A DNA stretch of 32,000 nt from Phycisphaera mikurensis NBRC 102666 (GTDB lineage: Bacteria; Planctomycetota; Phycisphaerae; Phycisphaerales; Phycisphaeraceae), in the NCBI RefSeq assembly GCF_000284115.1, contig NC_017080.1, positions 1 through 32,000 of the forward strand. Reading direction: 5' to 3'. This document shows, piece by piece, positions 1 through 8,788 of the stretch. The translations under genes were made by a program, and so were the position numbers. Under the pieces are notes generated by a model, which did no database searches, was not told the DNA's origin, and was given only the letters and a program-made list of their open reading frames with translations. Numbering within the stretch: the first letter of the stretch is position 1; each line of letters opens with the position of its first letter.

Positions 1-116
1 TGCCCACCGATCCCGCCCCCACCGGAAGCCGAGCGCCCGAGGGCGCGGCCGGGCGTACGCCCGGCAGAGGCCGCTCCGGGGCCGCCGCACGCAGCGACGC
101 CACGCTCTGGCGGGAG

Positions 117-1562
117 ATGAACGAGTACCTCTGGGACAAGCACGCCCCGATCTGCAGGCAGTGGTTCTCCGACCTGCACCTCCACCGGCTCGAGCAGGGC
201 CTGCTGGAGATCCGCACCGGCACGGCGATCCAGCGGAACTACCTGCAGAATCGCTGCCTCGAGCCCTTCACCGAGGCGGCGCAGCAGACGACCGGCCAGC
301 TGATCGCCGTCCGCTTCGTGCACGGCCCGCCGCGCACGATCGAGCCCGAGCCCGAGCCCGAGCCGACGCCCCAGCCCGCCGTCGAGCCGGCGGTCGTCTC
401 GCTGCCGCTGCCGCGGACCAGCACCGACGACGTGCGCAAGCTCGCCGCCGAGCGGTCCGCCGCCGCCCGCGAGGCCGAGGAAGCCGCCTTCGCCGGCGGC
501 CCGACGCCCGAGCAGCTCGGCGGCGGGGCCGAGCTCGACGACGGGCTGATCCTCAGCCCCGACCACACCTTCGACCAGTTCGTCGCCGGCCCGAACAACG
601 AGCTGGCGCTGGCCCTGTGCCAGTCGGTGGCCGAGGCCCCCGCCACGGCGTACAACCCGCTGTTCATCCACGGCGGGGTCGGCCTCGGCAAGACCCACCT
701 CCTCCAGGCGATCTGCCTGCAGATCCTCGAGGCCCGGCCGGCGTTCAAGATCGTGTTCGTCTCCTGCGAGAAGTTCACGAACCAGTTCCTGGAGTGCGTC
801 CGCAACGGCCGCTGGGCGCAGTTCCGCCTGCACTACCGCGAGGCCGACATGCTCGTCATCGACGACGTTCACTTCCTCGCCGAGAAGGAGCGGAGCCAGG
901 AAGAGTTCTTCCACACCTTCAACGAGCTGCACGGCCAGAAGAAGCAGATCGTGCTCTCCTCCGACGCCGCCCCTTCGGAGATCCCGGGCCTGACCGACCG
1001 GCTCATCTCTCGCTTCAACTGGGGGGTGGTCGCCCCCGTCGGCGCCCCCAGCTACGAGACGCGGATCGCGATCCTCGAGGCCAAGGCGGAGCTGCGGGGC
1101 CTCGGCGTGCCGCGGACCGTGCTGGAGTACATGGCCCGGCGGATCGACACCAACGCCCGCGAGCTCGAGGGCGCCATCACGACGCTGCAGGCCCACGCCC
1201 ACGTCGCCAAGCGCCCGATCGACCTGGAGCTCGCCCGCCGGGCGATGGGCGACCCCAACGTCGTGACCTCCGGCCGCGTGACGCTCGGCCGCATCGTCGA
1301 CGTGGTCTGCAAGTTCTACTCGGTCAAGCAGAGCGAGCTGCAGAGCAAGCGCCGGCACAAGAGCATCGCCGAGCCGCGGCAGGTCTGCATGTTCATCGCG
1401 CGGCAGCGCACGGACCTCTCGCTCGAAGACATCGGCGGGCACTTCGGCGGGCGGGACCACACTACGGTGATGCACAGCGTGCAGAAGATCACCAAGAAGG
1501 TGGCGGAGGACGAGGTGTTCGCGGCCCAGATCCTCAAGATGACCGAGGATTCGCAGGCCTGA
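117..1562 (+). CDS. dnaA: Chromosomal replication initiator protein DnaA
   Basis: Walker A region FIHGGVGLGKTHLLQAI, Walker B LVIDDVHFLAEK, C-terminal DNA-binding signature LSLEDIGGHFGGRDHTTVMHS. Frame is open to the window edge, so the start could lie upstream of 117. Confidence 0.97.
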   Translation: MNEYLWDKHAPICRQWFSDLHLHRLEQGLLEIRTGTAIQRNYLQNRCLEPFTEAAQQTTGQLIAVRFVHGPPRTIEPEPEPEPTPQPAVEPAVVSLPLPRTSTDDVRKLAAERSAAAREAEEAAFAGGPTPEQLGGGAELDDGLILSPDHTFDQFVAGPNNELALALCQSVAEAPATAYNPLFIHGGVGLGKTHLLQAICLQILEARPAFKIVFVSCEKFTNQFLECVRNGRWAQFRLHYREADMLVIDDVHFLAEKERSQEEFFHTFNELHGQKKQIVLSSDAAPSEIPGLTDRLISRFNWGVVAPVGAPSYETRIAILEAKAELRGLGVPRTVLEYMARRIDTNARELEGAITTLQAHAHVAKRPIDLELARRAMGDPNVVTSGRVTLGRIVDVVCKFYSVKQSELQSKRRHKSIAEPRQVCMFIARQRTDLSLEDIGGHFGGRDHTTVMHSVQKITKKVAEDEVFAAQILKMTEDSQA

Positions 1563-1635
1563 GCAGGAGGCGGGATCGTCCTGCCGCGCCGAGGCGGGCG
1601 CCGACGCGGGCGGACGGCCGGCGACACGTTCGGGG

Positions 1636-1666
1636 CCGGTCCGCGGAGCCCGCGCCCGCGGACCGG
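1636..1666. terminator. Candidate bidirectional terminator/hairpin between convergent dnaA and ABC permease genes
   Basis: CCGGTCCGCGG-AGCCCGCGC-CCGCGGACCGG: perfect 11-bp arms and 9-nt loop. It lies between the dnaA stop (1562) and the permease stop (1685). No U-tract seen. Confidence 0.5.
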
Positions 1667-1684
1667 TCCCGCGGGTCCCGGCCC

Positions 1685-4600
1685 TCAGCCCGCCGCGGCC
1701 TCCCGCCGGTAGCCCTCGCGGCTCTCGTCCGGCAGCGTCCGCCACAGCAGGAACTGCCGACGCAAGCCCGCGAAGAAGGGCTTGTTGAGCCGGGCGAAGT
1801 CGCCGCGCGTCCCCGACAGCCGGTCGACCACGACGCGGACGCGGTCGACGCCGGCGATGTCGGAGGGCTCGCTCCAGAGGCGCAGCCGCTGGGTGACGCC
1901 CAGGTCGAAGGGGGCGAGGGCGACGTCGGCCAGCAGCGTGGGGGCGTCGCCCCCGTCCGGGCCGGCGGCATCCCCCTCGCCGGGCACGGCGGCGACGGAG
2001 GAGCAGGCGAACCGGCCGATGCCGGCGTCGTCGTGGCTGCGGAAGTGCTCGGCGAGGAAGCCGCGGACGCCGCCCATGTCGGCCGCGCTCACGGTGAAGG
2101 GGAAGACCAGGTCGAGCCGGTCGCCGCCGCCGGGCGTTCTCACCGGCGCCGGCAGCCGCCAGCGGCGGACCAGCCCCGGGTTGGCCGACCTCGCCGCCGC
2201 GGCGGCGGGGTACAGCGAGGACAGCATGACCACCGCCATCACCACGCCGGTGGCGAAGAGCGCGTTGCCGCTGGCGAAGTTCACCGGCAGCTCGGGCACG
2301 AGCCCGCGCTGGGCGAGGGTGGCGGACACGCGTGCCAAGAACAGCGCGAGCAGCTGACCCCCGAGGCCGCCGACGACGGCGTAGACCGCGCCCTCGGCCA
2401 GGAACAGCGCCCCGATGTGCCGCGGCGCCAGCCCCAGCGCCGAGAAGGTGTAGATCTCCTGCTTCCGGTCGGAGATCGAGCCGAGCAGCGTGCCGAAGAC
2501 GATGAGCCCGCCGAGCGCCAGCGGCACGACGATGGCCGCGGCCCCGCTGACCGAGGTGAGCGTGGTGAGCACGCGGCGTTCCAGCCCCGCGGCCCCCGCC
2601 GACCAAGCCGGCTGCGGCAACGCGGTCGCGAGCGCGTCGGCGGTTTCGGCGACGCCGATGCCCCCCGCGGGGAAGACGGTGAGCCCGTCGGGCCGGCCGC
2701 CGAGCTCTTCGGCCAGGCGCACGCCGACGAAGGCGACCTCCGCGACGCCGAGCCGCTCGGCCGCGCCGCCGCCCGCCGACGCGGCGGCGTCGCGGCCGGC
2801 CGACGACCCGCCCGCGGCGCGGTCCCGGCCGGGCTCGAGCACCGGCAGCACGGGCTGGCCATCAACGTGGCGCAGCCGCCCGATGCGGTCGGCGTCGAGA
2901 ACCCCCGCGAGGCGCACGCGTCGGCCCGCGAGCCGGAAGCGGTCGCCGACCTCCAGGCGCAGCGACCGCGCCGCCGCGGGGTTGAGGAAGACGCCGTCGG
3001 CGGAGAGCTCGCCAGCGAGGGTGGCGGCGGTGAACCGCTCGGGCCCGACGCCCGACGCGGTGGCGCTGGCGAGCGCCCGCGAGAGCGCCGGCCAGCGCCG
3101 CGGCAGGCGCGGGTCGATCCCGACCACGCAGCGGATCCGGCCGTCGGCGGTGCCGTCCTCCCGGGCGAGCGCGAGGCCGCCGCCGGGCACGCCCTCGGCG
3201 AGGCCCGGCGGGTCGATGCGCCAGGTCGCGAGGGCCTCGGCGGGTCCGCCGGCGCCCACGCCGCCGCCGGCCGCGCCGCCGAGCAGCGACGCGTCGCGGC
3301 CGCCCGCGGCCGAGGCCGCCGCGCCCGCCAACTCCGCCGCGGCCCGCGGGAGCGGGCCGCCGTCGACGCGACGCACCAGCACCGCGTCCGTGGGCGTGCC
3401 CGGACCCGGCGTGCCGACCGCGGCGAGCCCCACGCCCAGCCGCCGCTCGAAGCCGGCGAAGCAGAGCACGGTGAAGGTCAGCACCACCACCGTGAGCGTG
3501 GTGAGCGCGGTGCGGGTCTTCCGCCGCCGCATGGTCGAGATGCCCATCTGCACCGCCGCCAGCAGCGCCGCGACCTGGCCCGCGTTCTGCGGTTGCCCGC
3601 CCTCGCCGTGCAGCTTCGCGAGCTGCACGCGGAACTTGGAGATCAGCAGCACGATCACCAGCCCCGAGAGCAGCAGGATCGCGAAGGCGAGGAACACGAT
3701 GATCGGCGTCGAGGCCACGGCGAAGCCGGGGTGCAGCGCGTACAGCGCCGCGAAGGTGAGCCCGAAGCAGACCGCGAAGCCGGCGACGCGGCCCCGGATG
3801 CCCTTGGCGCCGATCAGCAAGCGCTCGCCGAAGAAGGCGAAGGGCACCGCCAGGGCGAGCAGCAGCACGACGGCGTTGACGAGGTCGTCCATCGCGGCGC
3901 GCAGCGGGTTGTAGACCCGCTGGCCCAGGGCGAAGGCCAGGCGGGCCGCCTCGGGCGCGGCCTCGCCGCCGCCGGCGGCGTTGTCCAGCGCGGCGCGGGC
4001 GTCGCGGTGCAGGCGTTCGAGGTCGCCGCGGAGGATCCCGCGGGCGCGGAGCGCCGCCAGGCGCGACTCGTTGAGCGACCAGAGGTTGCCGGCCGAAGCC
4101 AGCAGCACCGACACCCCGCCGCGACCGGACCCCGCGGCCGCGGGGTCCGCCGGCCCGGCGGCGGGTGCGAACTCCCCGGGCGGCAGCAGCAGCGGGCCCT
4201 CCGGCTGGAAGACGCGGACGCCCGAGTCGGCCAGGCCGGGCGTCAGGTGGTAGAAGCCGAACGGCCCGGCTTGGCCCACGAGCGCATCGGCGGGGCGTGG
4301 CCGCGACCCCGCGGCCCCCAGCAGCACGGTGAATCGCCCGGGCGCCGTCGGCTCATCCGGGCGGAGCGTGACGACGGCGGAACCGGACGCCGCCGCCGAC
4401 CCGTCGCCCAAACCCAGCCCCAGGAGGTCGGTCCGCAGCGCCGCCGCCGGCGTCCCGCCCACGCGCTCCTGCGTGCTCACCGCGGTCAGTGCGCCGCGGG
4501 CGTCGTGCGTCGCCCCCAGCGTGGCCAGCTGGCGGTCGAGGTCGGCGTGGGCGGCCACCACGTCGAAGCGGCCGGCGCCATCGGCGACGACCATCCGCGC

Positions 4601-6889
4601 CGGCTCGTACGAGGGAATCGCCCGGCGGGCGAGGCTGTTCCACGCGTTGGCCGGATCGGCCGGCATCGGGAACAGCGCGACGACCGCCCCGGGCGCCGGC
4701 CGGTCTTCCGCGAGCCCGCCGGCCACCCGCTGCTGCACCACCGGGCCCACCGGCACGCCCAGCGAGTCGTCCGCGGCGCCCGCCGCCGCGACGGCCGCGG
4801 GCCGCCGCGTGCCCGCCCGGTTGTCGATCGCCTTGTCGGCGAAGGGCGCCCGGTCGGGCAGGCCCGGCCGGTTCAGCCCGGCGACGAACAGCCGCAGCGC
4901 CGCGTCGCCCTGGGCCGCGAAGCCGGCGGCGTCCAAAGCGGCGAGCGTGTCGCCGGGGTGGCCGTCGCGGCGTCGGGCGTCGTGGCAGGTGGCGAAGGCG
5001 ACGTTGAAGAAGCCGTGCGTGCCGGCCAGGAAGCCGCTGTGCACGAGCGGGCCGGGCACGGCCAGGCGCCCCGCGGCCGGGTCACGCAGCGTCTCGGCGT
5101 CGAGGCCGCGGAACGCTGGCGCGTCGCCGGCGGCGGCCGCCGCCGCGGCGAAGTGGCCGAGCACCCGCTGGTGGTAGCCGGGCGCGTCCGCCTCGGGCGA
5201 GAGGCTCCACGCCGCGCCCACCCGCCCGGCGTCCGACCCGGCCACCACGCCCCAGGACGGGCCCTCGCCGGAGAGGTCCAGCGAGGCGTGCAGAGCCACG
5301 CGCACGGCACGGGCGTCGCCGGCGACGCGGCCCGACGCCGCGGCCTGCACCGCTTCCTGCTGCCCCAGCTCGACCTGCCGCCGTGCCGCCGCCGTCGAGC
5401 GTGCCCGCAGCGCCGCCCGGGCCGCGGCGAGCAGCTCCCGCCCCTCCCGCGGCGCCGCCTCCACCGTGAAGAGCGTCCCCGCGTCGGCCGCCTCGTGCAC
5501 GTGGCGCCGCACCGCGTCCCAGCGGGCGACGCGACCGGACACCGTCGGCAGCATCGCTCCCGCCGCTTCGTCACCCCGCGCCGCCTCCAGCCGCAGCAGC
5601 CGCAGCTCCCGCGCCGCGTCGGCCCGGGCCCACGCCGCCCGGGCCGCCAGGAGCGGGCGCAGCGATGCGGCGGCCGAGGCCGGCAGGCCGCGCGCCGCGT
5701 CGGCGTCCTGCGGGAGCGTCCGCAGGGCGAGCGTCGACGCCGCCAGGTCGCGGGCGGCGGCCTGGATCGCCTCCCGCCGCCGGGCCGGGTCGTCGGTGAG
5801 CGCCGCGTAGAACGTCCGGGCCCCCTGCATCCCGCGGCCGGCGTTGTCGAGGAAAACCAGCACGACCCGCCGCGGCGGCGGGTCGGCCGCGAGGCGCCGG
5901 GCCGCCTCCAGCAGCAGCGCCGCGTTGGCCGCGTTCCGCGCCCCCGGGCCGCGCTCTGGCACGCTGCCGAAGCTGTCCAGGTCGGCCGCGAGCACGACCG
6001 GCCGCCGCCGCGCCGCCGCCGCGGTCAGCGCCGGCGTGGCCCCCGGGGCCGGCTCGATGACCGCCACCACGCTGCGGCCCGTCGCCGCCACCACCGGCAC
6101 CGCCGCCTCCAGCGTCGCCTCGGCGCCGCCCGCGGTCAGGTCCAGCCCCGCGGAGAGCCCGCTGCCGGGATCGACCTCGGCGAAGAAGCGGGGCAGGTTC
6201 ATCGGCGCCGGAACCGACTTCATCGCTTCGCCCGCCGCGACGCCCGCCTCGGCCCGGAAGACCACCGCCGCCGCGCCCAGCGCGAAGGCTCGCTCCCACG
6301 CCTCCTGCGGCACGTCATAATCGAGCACCACGATCGGGGCCGCGTCGCCCGGCGTCGCCACCGCCGCCGCGACCTCCGCGGCCGACCCCCGCCCCGCGTA
6401 CCGCAGCGGCCCGGTCAGCCCGCCCGCGGGCGTGACCGGCGGGCACACCAGGTTCGGCCGGCACGGGAACAGCGGCACCACGCCCCGCTCGAAGCCGTTG
6501 GCGTCGCGGACCGTCAGCCGCACGCCGCTCTTGGCCCCGCCGTCCGCGGCACCGGCTCCCGGTCCGGGTCCTTGCTCCAGCCGCGGCATCGTCTGCCACA
6601 CCGGCATCTCCAGCGGCAGCACCTCGTCCACCCCCGCCTCCCGCAGCCGCTGCATCACGTACGCCGAGGCGTCCCGCCCCGGCTCGGTCCCGGCCAGCCG
6701 GTGCGGGTACGACGCCAGCCTCGCGAGGTCCCGCTCGAAAGCGGGCCCCAGCGAGGAAGGCTCCCGGGCGGCCGCCCGACCGCCAAGAAGCACCGCCGCG
6801 AGGACGGCGAGGATGCCCAACCCGCGGACCCGACGGCCCGCGGAGCGAGCGTCCGACGCCGAGCCCGGAGAAGCGTTCCGAGCGTTCAA
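1685..6889 (-). CDS. Large FtsX/MacB-type ABC transporter permease with N-terminal M28-peptidase-like (apparently degenerate) extracellular domain
   Basis: Long ORF with N-terminal hydrophobic segment, M28-like region (ARLASYPHRLAGTEPGRDASAYV...; VVLAADLDSFGSVPERGPGARNAANAALLLEAARRL...RRVVLVFLDNAGRGMQGARTFY), then transmembrane segments and a MacB/FtsX-like core (MRRRKTRTALTTLTVVVLTFTVLCF ... GGLIVFGTLLGSISDRKQEIYTFSALGLAPRHIGALFLAEGAVYAVVGGLGGQLLAL). TTG start inferred at 6889, overlapping the stop of the ATPase gene (TTGA). Confidence 0.85.
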   Translation of the reverse strand: MNARNASPGSASDARSAGRRVRGLGILAVLAAVLLGGRAAAREPSSLGPAFERDLARLASYPHRLAGTEPGRDASAYVMQRLREAGVDEVLPLEMPVWQTMPRLEQGPGPGAGAADGGAKSGVRLTVRDANGFERGVVPLFPCRPNLVCPPVTPAGGLTGPLRYAGRGSAAEVAAAVATPGDAAPIVVLDYDVPQEAWERAFALGAAAVVFRAEAGVAAGEAMKSVPAPMNLPRFFAEVDPGSGLSAGLDLTAGGAEATLEAAVPVVAATGRSVVAVIEPAPGATPALTAAAARRRPVVLAADLDSFGSVPERGPGARNAANAALLLEAARRLAADPPPRRVVLVFLDNAGRGMQGARTFYAALTDDPARRREAIQAAARDLAASTLALRTLPQDADAARGLPASAAASLRPLLAARAAWARADAARELRLLRLEAARGDEAAGAMLPTVSGRVARWDAVRRHVHEAADAGTLFTVEAAPREGRELLAAARAALRARSTAAARRQVELGQQEAVQAAASGRVAGDARAVRVALHASLDLSGEGPSWGVVAGSDAGRVGAAWSLSPEADAPGYHQRVLGHFAAAAAAAGDAPAFRGLDAETLRDPAAGRLAVPGPLVHSGFLAGTHGFFNVAFATCHDARRRDGHPGDTLAALDAAGFAAQGDAALRLFVAGLNRPGLPDRAPFADKAIDNRAGTRRPAAVAAAGAADDSLGVPVGPVVQQRVAGGLAEDRPAPGAVVALFPMPADPANAWNSLARRAIPSYEPARMVVADGAGRFDVVAAHADLDRQLATLGATHDARGALTAVSTQERVGGTPAAALRTDLLGLGLGDGSAAASGSAVVTLRPDEPTAPGRFTVLLGAAGSRPRPADALVGQAGPFGFYHLTPGLADSGVRVFQPEGPLLLPPGEFAPAAGPADPAAAGSGRGGVSVLLASAGNLWSLNESRLAALRARGILRGDLERLHRDARAALDNAAGGGEAAPEAARLAFALGQRVYNPLRAAMDDLVNAVVLLLALAVPFAFFGERLLIGAKGIRGRVAGFAVCFGLTFAALYALHPGFAVASTPIIVFLAFAILLLSGLVIVLLISKFRVQLAKLHGEGGQPQNAGQVAALLAAVQMGISTMRRRKTRTALTTLTVVVLTFTVLCFAGFERRLGVGLAAVGTPGPGTPTDAVLVRRVDGGPLPRAAAELAGAAASAAGGRDASLLGGAAGGGVGAGGPAEALATWRIDPPGLAEGVPGGGLALAREDGTADGRIRCVVGIDPRLPRRWPALSRALASATASGVGPERFTAATLAGELSADGVFLNPAAARSLRLEVGDRFRLAGRRVRLAGVLDADRIGRLRHVDGQPVLPVLEPGRDRAAGGSSAGRDAAASAGGGAAERLGVAEVAFVGVRLAEELGGRPDGLTVFPAGGIGVAETADALATALPQPAWSAGAAGLERRVLTTLTSVSGAAAIVVPLALGGLIVFGTLLGSISDRKQEIYTFSALGLAPRHIGALFLAEGAVYAVVGGLGGQLLALFLARVSATLAQRGLVPELPVNFASGNALFATGVVMAVVMLSSLYPAAAAARSANPGLVRRWRLPAPVRTPGGGDRLDLVFPFTVSAADMGGVRGFLAEHFRSHDDAGIGRFACSSVAAVPGEGDAAGPDGGDAPTLLADVALAPFDLGVTQRLRLWSEPSDIAGVDRVRVVVDRLSGTRGDFARLNKPFFAGLRRQFLLWRTLPDESREGYRREAAAG

Positions 6890-7662
6890 GGCTCTTCCCC
6901 CGCCACCGAGCCCACCGTGATCCGCACGTCCTCGCGTTCCTGCACGCGGTCGAGGCGGCCGTCTTTGATCCACATGATGCGGTCGCACAGGGCCAGCAAG
7001 CGGTGGTCGTGCGTCGAGCAAACCACCGTCACCCCCGCGTCGCGGTTGATCCGCACGAGCAGGTCCAGGACGTCCTGGCCGGTCGCGAAATCCAGGTTCG
7101 CCGTGGGCTCGTCCGCCAGCAGGATCGCCGGGCGGTTGGCCAGCGCACGGGCGATCGCCACCCGCTGCTGCTGCCCGCCGGAGAGCTCGACGGGCCGGTG
7201 ATCCCACCGCTGGGCGATCCCCACCGTCTCCAGCAGGGCCATCCCCCGGCCGCGCGCCGCGTCGGGATCGACACCCGCGAAAGCCATGGGCACCGTCACG
7301 TTCTCCAGCGCCGTCATGTACCGCACGAGGTTGTACTGCTGGAAGATGTACCCGATCTTGCGGCAGCGGAGGAAGGCCAGCTCCGCCGCCGACAGCTGCG
7401 CGACGTCCACCTCGTCGATCAGGATCCGCCCGCCGGTGGGCCCGTCCAGCCCGCCGATCATGTTGAAGAAGGTCGATTTGCCCGAGCCCGACGGCCCCAT
7501 CACCGCGATCAGCTCGCCCCGGTGGATCACCGCGTCGACCCCGCGGAGCGCGTGCGTCGCCGCGTCGCCGCCGCCGTAGACCTTGGTGAGGCCGACGGTG
7601 CGGATGATCGGAACCGGCGCCCCGGGATCGAGCGGGGGCGGTGGCGTGGCGGACGCTTCCAT
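6886..7662 (-). CDS. ABC transporter ATP-binding protein, LolD/MacB family
   Basis: MGPSGSGKSTFFNMIGGLDGPTGG (Walker A), LSGGQQQRVAIARALANRPAILLADEPTANLD (signature and Walker B). ATG at 7662 gives MEASATPPPPLDPGAPVPIIRTVGLTKVYGG. Confidence 0.95.
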   Translation of the reverse strand: MEASATPPPPLDPGAPVPIIRTVGLTKVYGGGDAATHALRGVDAVIHRGELIAVMGPSGSGKSTFFNMIGGLDGPTGGRILIDEVDVAQLSAAELAFLRCRKIGYIFQQYNLVRYMTALENVTVPMAFAGVDPDAARGRGMALLETVGIAQRWDHRPVELSGGQQQRVAIARALANRPAILLADEPTANLDFATGQDVLDLLVRINRDAGVTVVCSTHDHRLLALCDRIMWIKDGRLDRVQEREDVRITVGSVAGEEP

Positions 7663-7709
7663 GCGGGCCGGGAGCGTACGGAAGCGGGCGGCCGCCCCGG
7701 CCCCCGACG

Positions 7710-7755
7710 CCGCGGACCGGAGGCCGGAACGCGGCCCGGCGGCCACGGTCCGCGG
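7710..7755. repeat. 46-bp palindromic intergenic element, copy 1
   Basis: CCGCGGACCG-N26-CGGTCCGCGG; arms extend to 11 bp (7709-7719/7746-7756). Confidence 0.75.
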
Positions 7756-7845
7756 CGGCGGCGGCGCGACGCGTCCGTTTCCGCTTCCGCTTCCGCGCAC
7801 GAGGACAAGCCGCCCGGGGGCGGCCCGCTCCTGCGTCGGCGAACT

Positions 7846-7917
7846 AGCGGGTGATGAGGATCGAACTCACGACATTTACCTTGGCAAGGTAACGCTCTAC
7901 CGCTGAGCTACACCCGC
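7846..7917 (-). tRNA. tRNA-Gly (anticodon GCC)
   Basis: Reverse complement GCGGGTGTAGCTCAGCGGTAGAGCGTTACCTTGCCAAGGTAAATGTCGTGAGTTCGATCCTCATCACCCGCT folds as a cloverleaf; 7-bp acceptor stem GCGGGTG/CACCCGC, TTCGATCC T-loop, anticodon GCC in CTTGCCAAG context. CCA not encoded. Confidence 0.97.
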
Positions 7918-7967
7918 GTGAGTGGCGGAGAGTGTAGACGGTCGCCGCTTGGCGTCAACCGGCTTCC

Positions 7968-8666
7968 TCAGCGGTTGGAGAGCACCTGCAGGAGGTCGGG
8001 AAGCGGGGCCTGGCGGTCGGTGAAGGTGAGGATCAGGCGTGCGATCGACGGCTGCTCCTCGCGGCGGAAGCGGACGGCGTTGTCGCCGAGGTGGAAGTGA
8101 TCCATCACCAGCTCGGTGTCCAGCGCCACCGTTTCGCCCATGCCCAGCGGCTCGTCGTCGGCGACCGTGAGCCGGAAGGTCGTGCCCGGCTGGTACTGGA
8201 TGAGCGGGGCGTCGACGAGTGTCTCGACGTCGACGCGGCCCTGCTGGTCGATCATCACCTCCTTCACGTCGGCGGCGAAGAGGTCCCAGCTGCCGATGAG
8301 GGTGTCGCCGCGGGTGCTGGAGGTGTGCACCGTGTTGCCCTGCCAGGCGATGCGGTAGACCGGGTCGGGCCCCGAGTCGCCCCAGTCCCAGGCTTCGCCG
8401 CCGGGGCCTTGCGGCCGGAACTCGACGAGCTTGAGGTGGACGTAGTAGTCGTGCCCGGGCACCAGCGGCGGCGGCCCGATCGGTTCGGCCTCGGGGCCGG
8501 GGTCGGCCGCCGCCGCCGCGCCGAGCGACGGCAGCCCCCCGCCGCCGTGCCAGTGCACGCCGAAGGCGGCCGCCGCCACCAACGCCACCAGGACCAACGC
8601 TCCCGCCAGCGGCTTCAAGCCCGACCCGCGGCCCCGCGGGTGCTCACTGGATCCGGGCTCCGGCAC
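7968..8666 (-). CDS. Hypothetical membrane-anchored/secreted protein
   Basis: ORF with a single N-terminal hydrophobic helix (LKPLAGALVLVALVAAAAFGVHW) followed by a soluble domain (GHDYYVHLKLVEFRPQGPGGEAWDWGDSG...). Start uncertain: GTG 8666 or TTG 8617. Confidence 0.65.
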   Translation of the reverse strand: MPEPGSSEHPRGRGSGLKPLAGALVLVALVAAAAFGVHWHGGGGLPSLGAAAAADPGPEAEPIGPPPLVPGHDYYVHLKLVEFRPQGPGGEAWDWGDSGPDPVYRIAWQGNTVHTSSTRGDTLIGSWDLFAADVKEVMIDQQGRVDVETLVDAPLIQYQPGTTFRLTVADDEPLGMGETVALDTELVMDHFHLGDNAVRFRREEQPSIARLILTFTDRQAPLPDLLQVLSNR

Positions 8667-8683
8667 GCGGCGATCGTAGAGCG

Positions 8684-8715
8684 GCGCGGATCCCGAAGGC
8701 CACGGCGGTCCGCGC
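8684..8715. terminator. Candidate hairpin downstream of the glycan locus
   Basis: GCGCGGATC (8684-8692) can pair with GGTCCGCGC (8707-8715), 9 bp including one G-U wobble on one strand. It lies between the methyltransferase stop (8789) and the next minus-strand start. Confidence 0.3.
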
Positions 8716-8788
8716 GTCCGTGCGGCCGCGACGCTCCCGCCGCGGCGGCGGGCGCGGAGGCTCCCGCTCCGGCGAGCTCCCGGCGACC

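Noticed and set aside
1-2000. oriC/DnaA-box cluster next to dnaA
   Set aside because: No TTATCCACA-like boxes were noticed downstream, and only ~100 bp is visible upstream, so an origin cannot be called from this window.
161-7201. 2346-aa plus-strand ORF
   Set aside because: Runs out of frame through dnaA and antisense to the ABC permease; Arg/Pro/Ala-rich translation typical of spurious frames in high-GC DNA.
7720-7750. Possible terminal structure of the tRNA transcript
   Set aside because: tRNA is on the minus strand and this copy lies ~90 bp beyond its 3' end. It may terminate the transcript, but no U-tract is present and it matches the dispersed 46-bp element better.
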